DNA of 24,000 nucleotides. Origin: Thermanaerothrix solaris. Lineage in GTDB: Bacteria > Chloroflexota > Anaerolineae > Anaerolineales > Anaerolineaceae. The stretch spans positions 1,766,366 through 1,790,365 of the forward strand of contig NZ_JAUHMF010000001.1 of assembly GCF_032334255.1 (NCBI RefSeq), given 5' to 3'. Every line of letters begins with the position of its first letter. The first letter of the stretch is position 1. The notes under the pieces are model-generated. The model did not search any database and was not told where the DNA came from. It was given only the letters and a program-made list of their open reading frames with translations. Made by a program: the position numbers and the translations under genes. This document shows, piece after piece, positions 23,941 to 24,000 of this stretch.

Positions 23941-24000
23941 ATGCTTGAAGTTCAACTGATCGGCAATCTAGGTCAAGACCCTGAAGCCCGCTACACGGCA
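23941..24000 (+). CDS. ssb: single-stranded DNA-binding protein, first 20 codons (continues beyond window)
   Basis: My translation MLEVQLIGNLGQDPEARYTA matches the canonical SSB N-terminus (..v.LiGrLg.DPElRyT). AAGGAG lies 7 nt upstream. Confidence 0.7.
   Translation, partial: MLEVQLIGNLGQDPEARYTA

Larger units (their letters stand above)
20722..24000. mobile_element. putative phage/integrative-element-derived region downstream of tRNA-Lys (extends beyond the window; boundaries unknown)
   Basis: It begins right after a tRNA gene. The coding genes are visibly more AT-rich than the upstream chromosome. Content is phage-like: tandem HTH/excisionase-type protein, an extra tRNA, mini Pol X, SSB, small secreted ORFs. 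No integrase or att repeat was found in the window. Confidence 0.4.

Overview
High-GC bacterial chromosome segment. The taxon cannot be fixed by eye. Positions 1-20.6 kb carry ordinary and accessory chromosomal genes, mostly on the minus strand: recF (partial, missed by the ORF track), def, a cNMP-binding/2x bPH membrane protein, an M32 carboxypeptidase, a D-2-hydroxyacid dehydrogenase, an AT-rich islet with a DICT-like gene, a TspO-like membrane protein, a repeat-containing lipoprotein, a half-size CHR transporter, and a NifU-like plus cNMP-binding pair. Next comes a complete eight-gene cluster that mirrors the uncharacterised E. coli sgcXBCQAER PTS operon: DeoR regulator, an extra unknown ORF, EIIB, EIIC, M42 peptidase, BtpA/SgcQ, epimerase and EIIA. 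A membrane protein / winged-helix regulator / ABC-2 exporter operon follows. After a tRNA-Lys(CTT) with its own consensus promoter and terminator (20.6-20.8 kb), composition and gene content change to a phage- or mobile-element-like region. This region holds a tandem-HTH protein, a mini Pol X-family nucleotidyltransferase, small secreted proteins and an SSB start. Its most unusual part is a consensus extended -10 promoter followed by about 0.76 kb of GC-rich, hairpin-dense sequence with no credible ORF, ending in a tRNA(CAT). That stretch contains duplicated structural modules: T-loop hairpins and GTGACAGCC-hairpins with GAGAGA loops. The only differences between module copies are compensatory base-pair changes. 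I consider it a candidate large structured ncRNA of unassigned class and the best lead in the window. No CRISPR array, transposase or integrase was seen.
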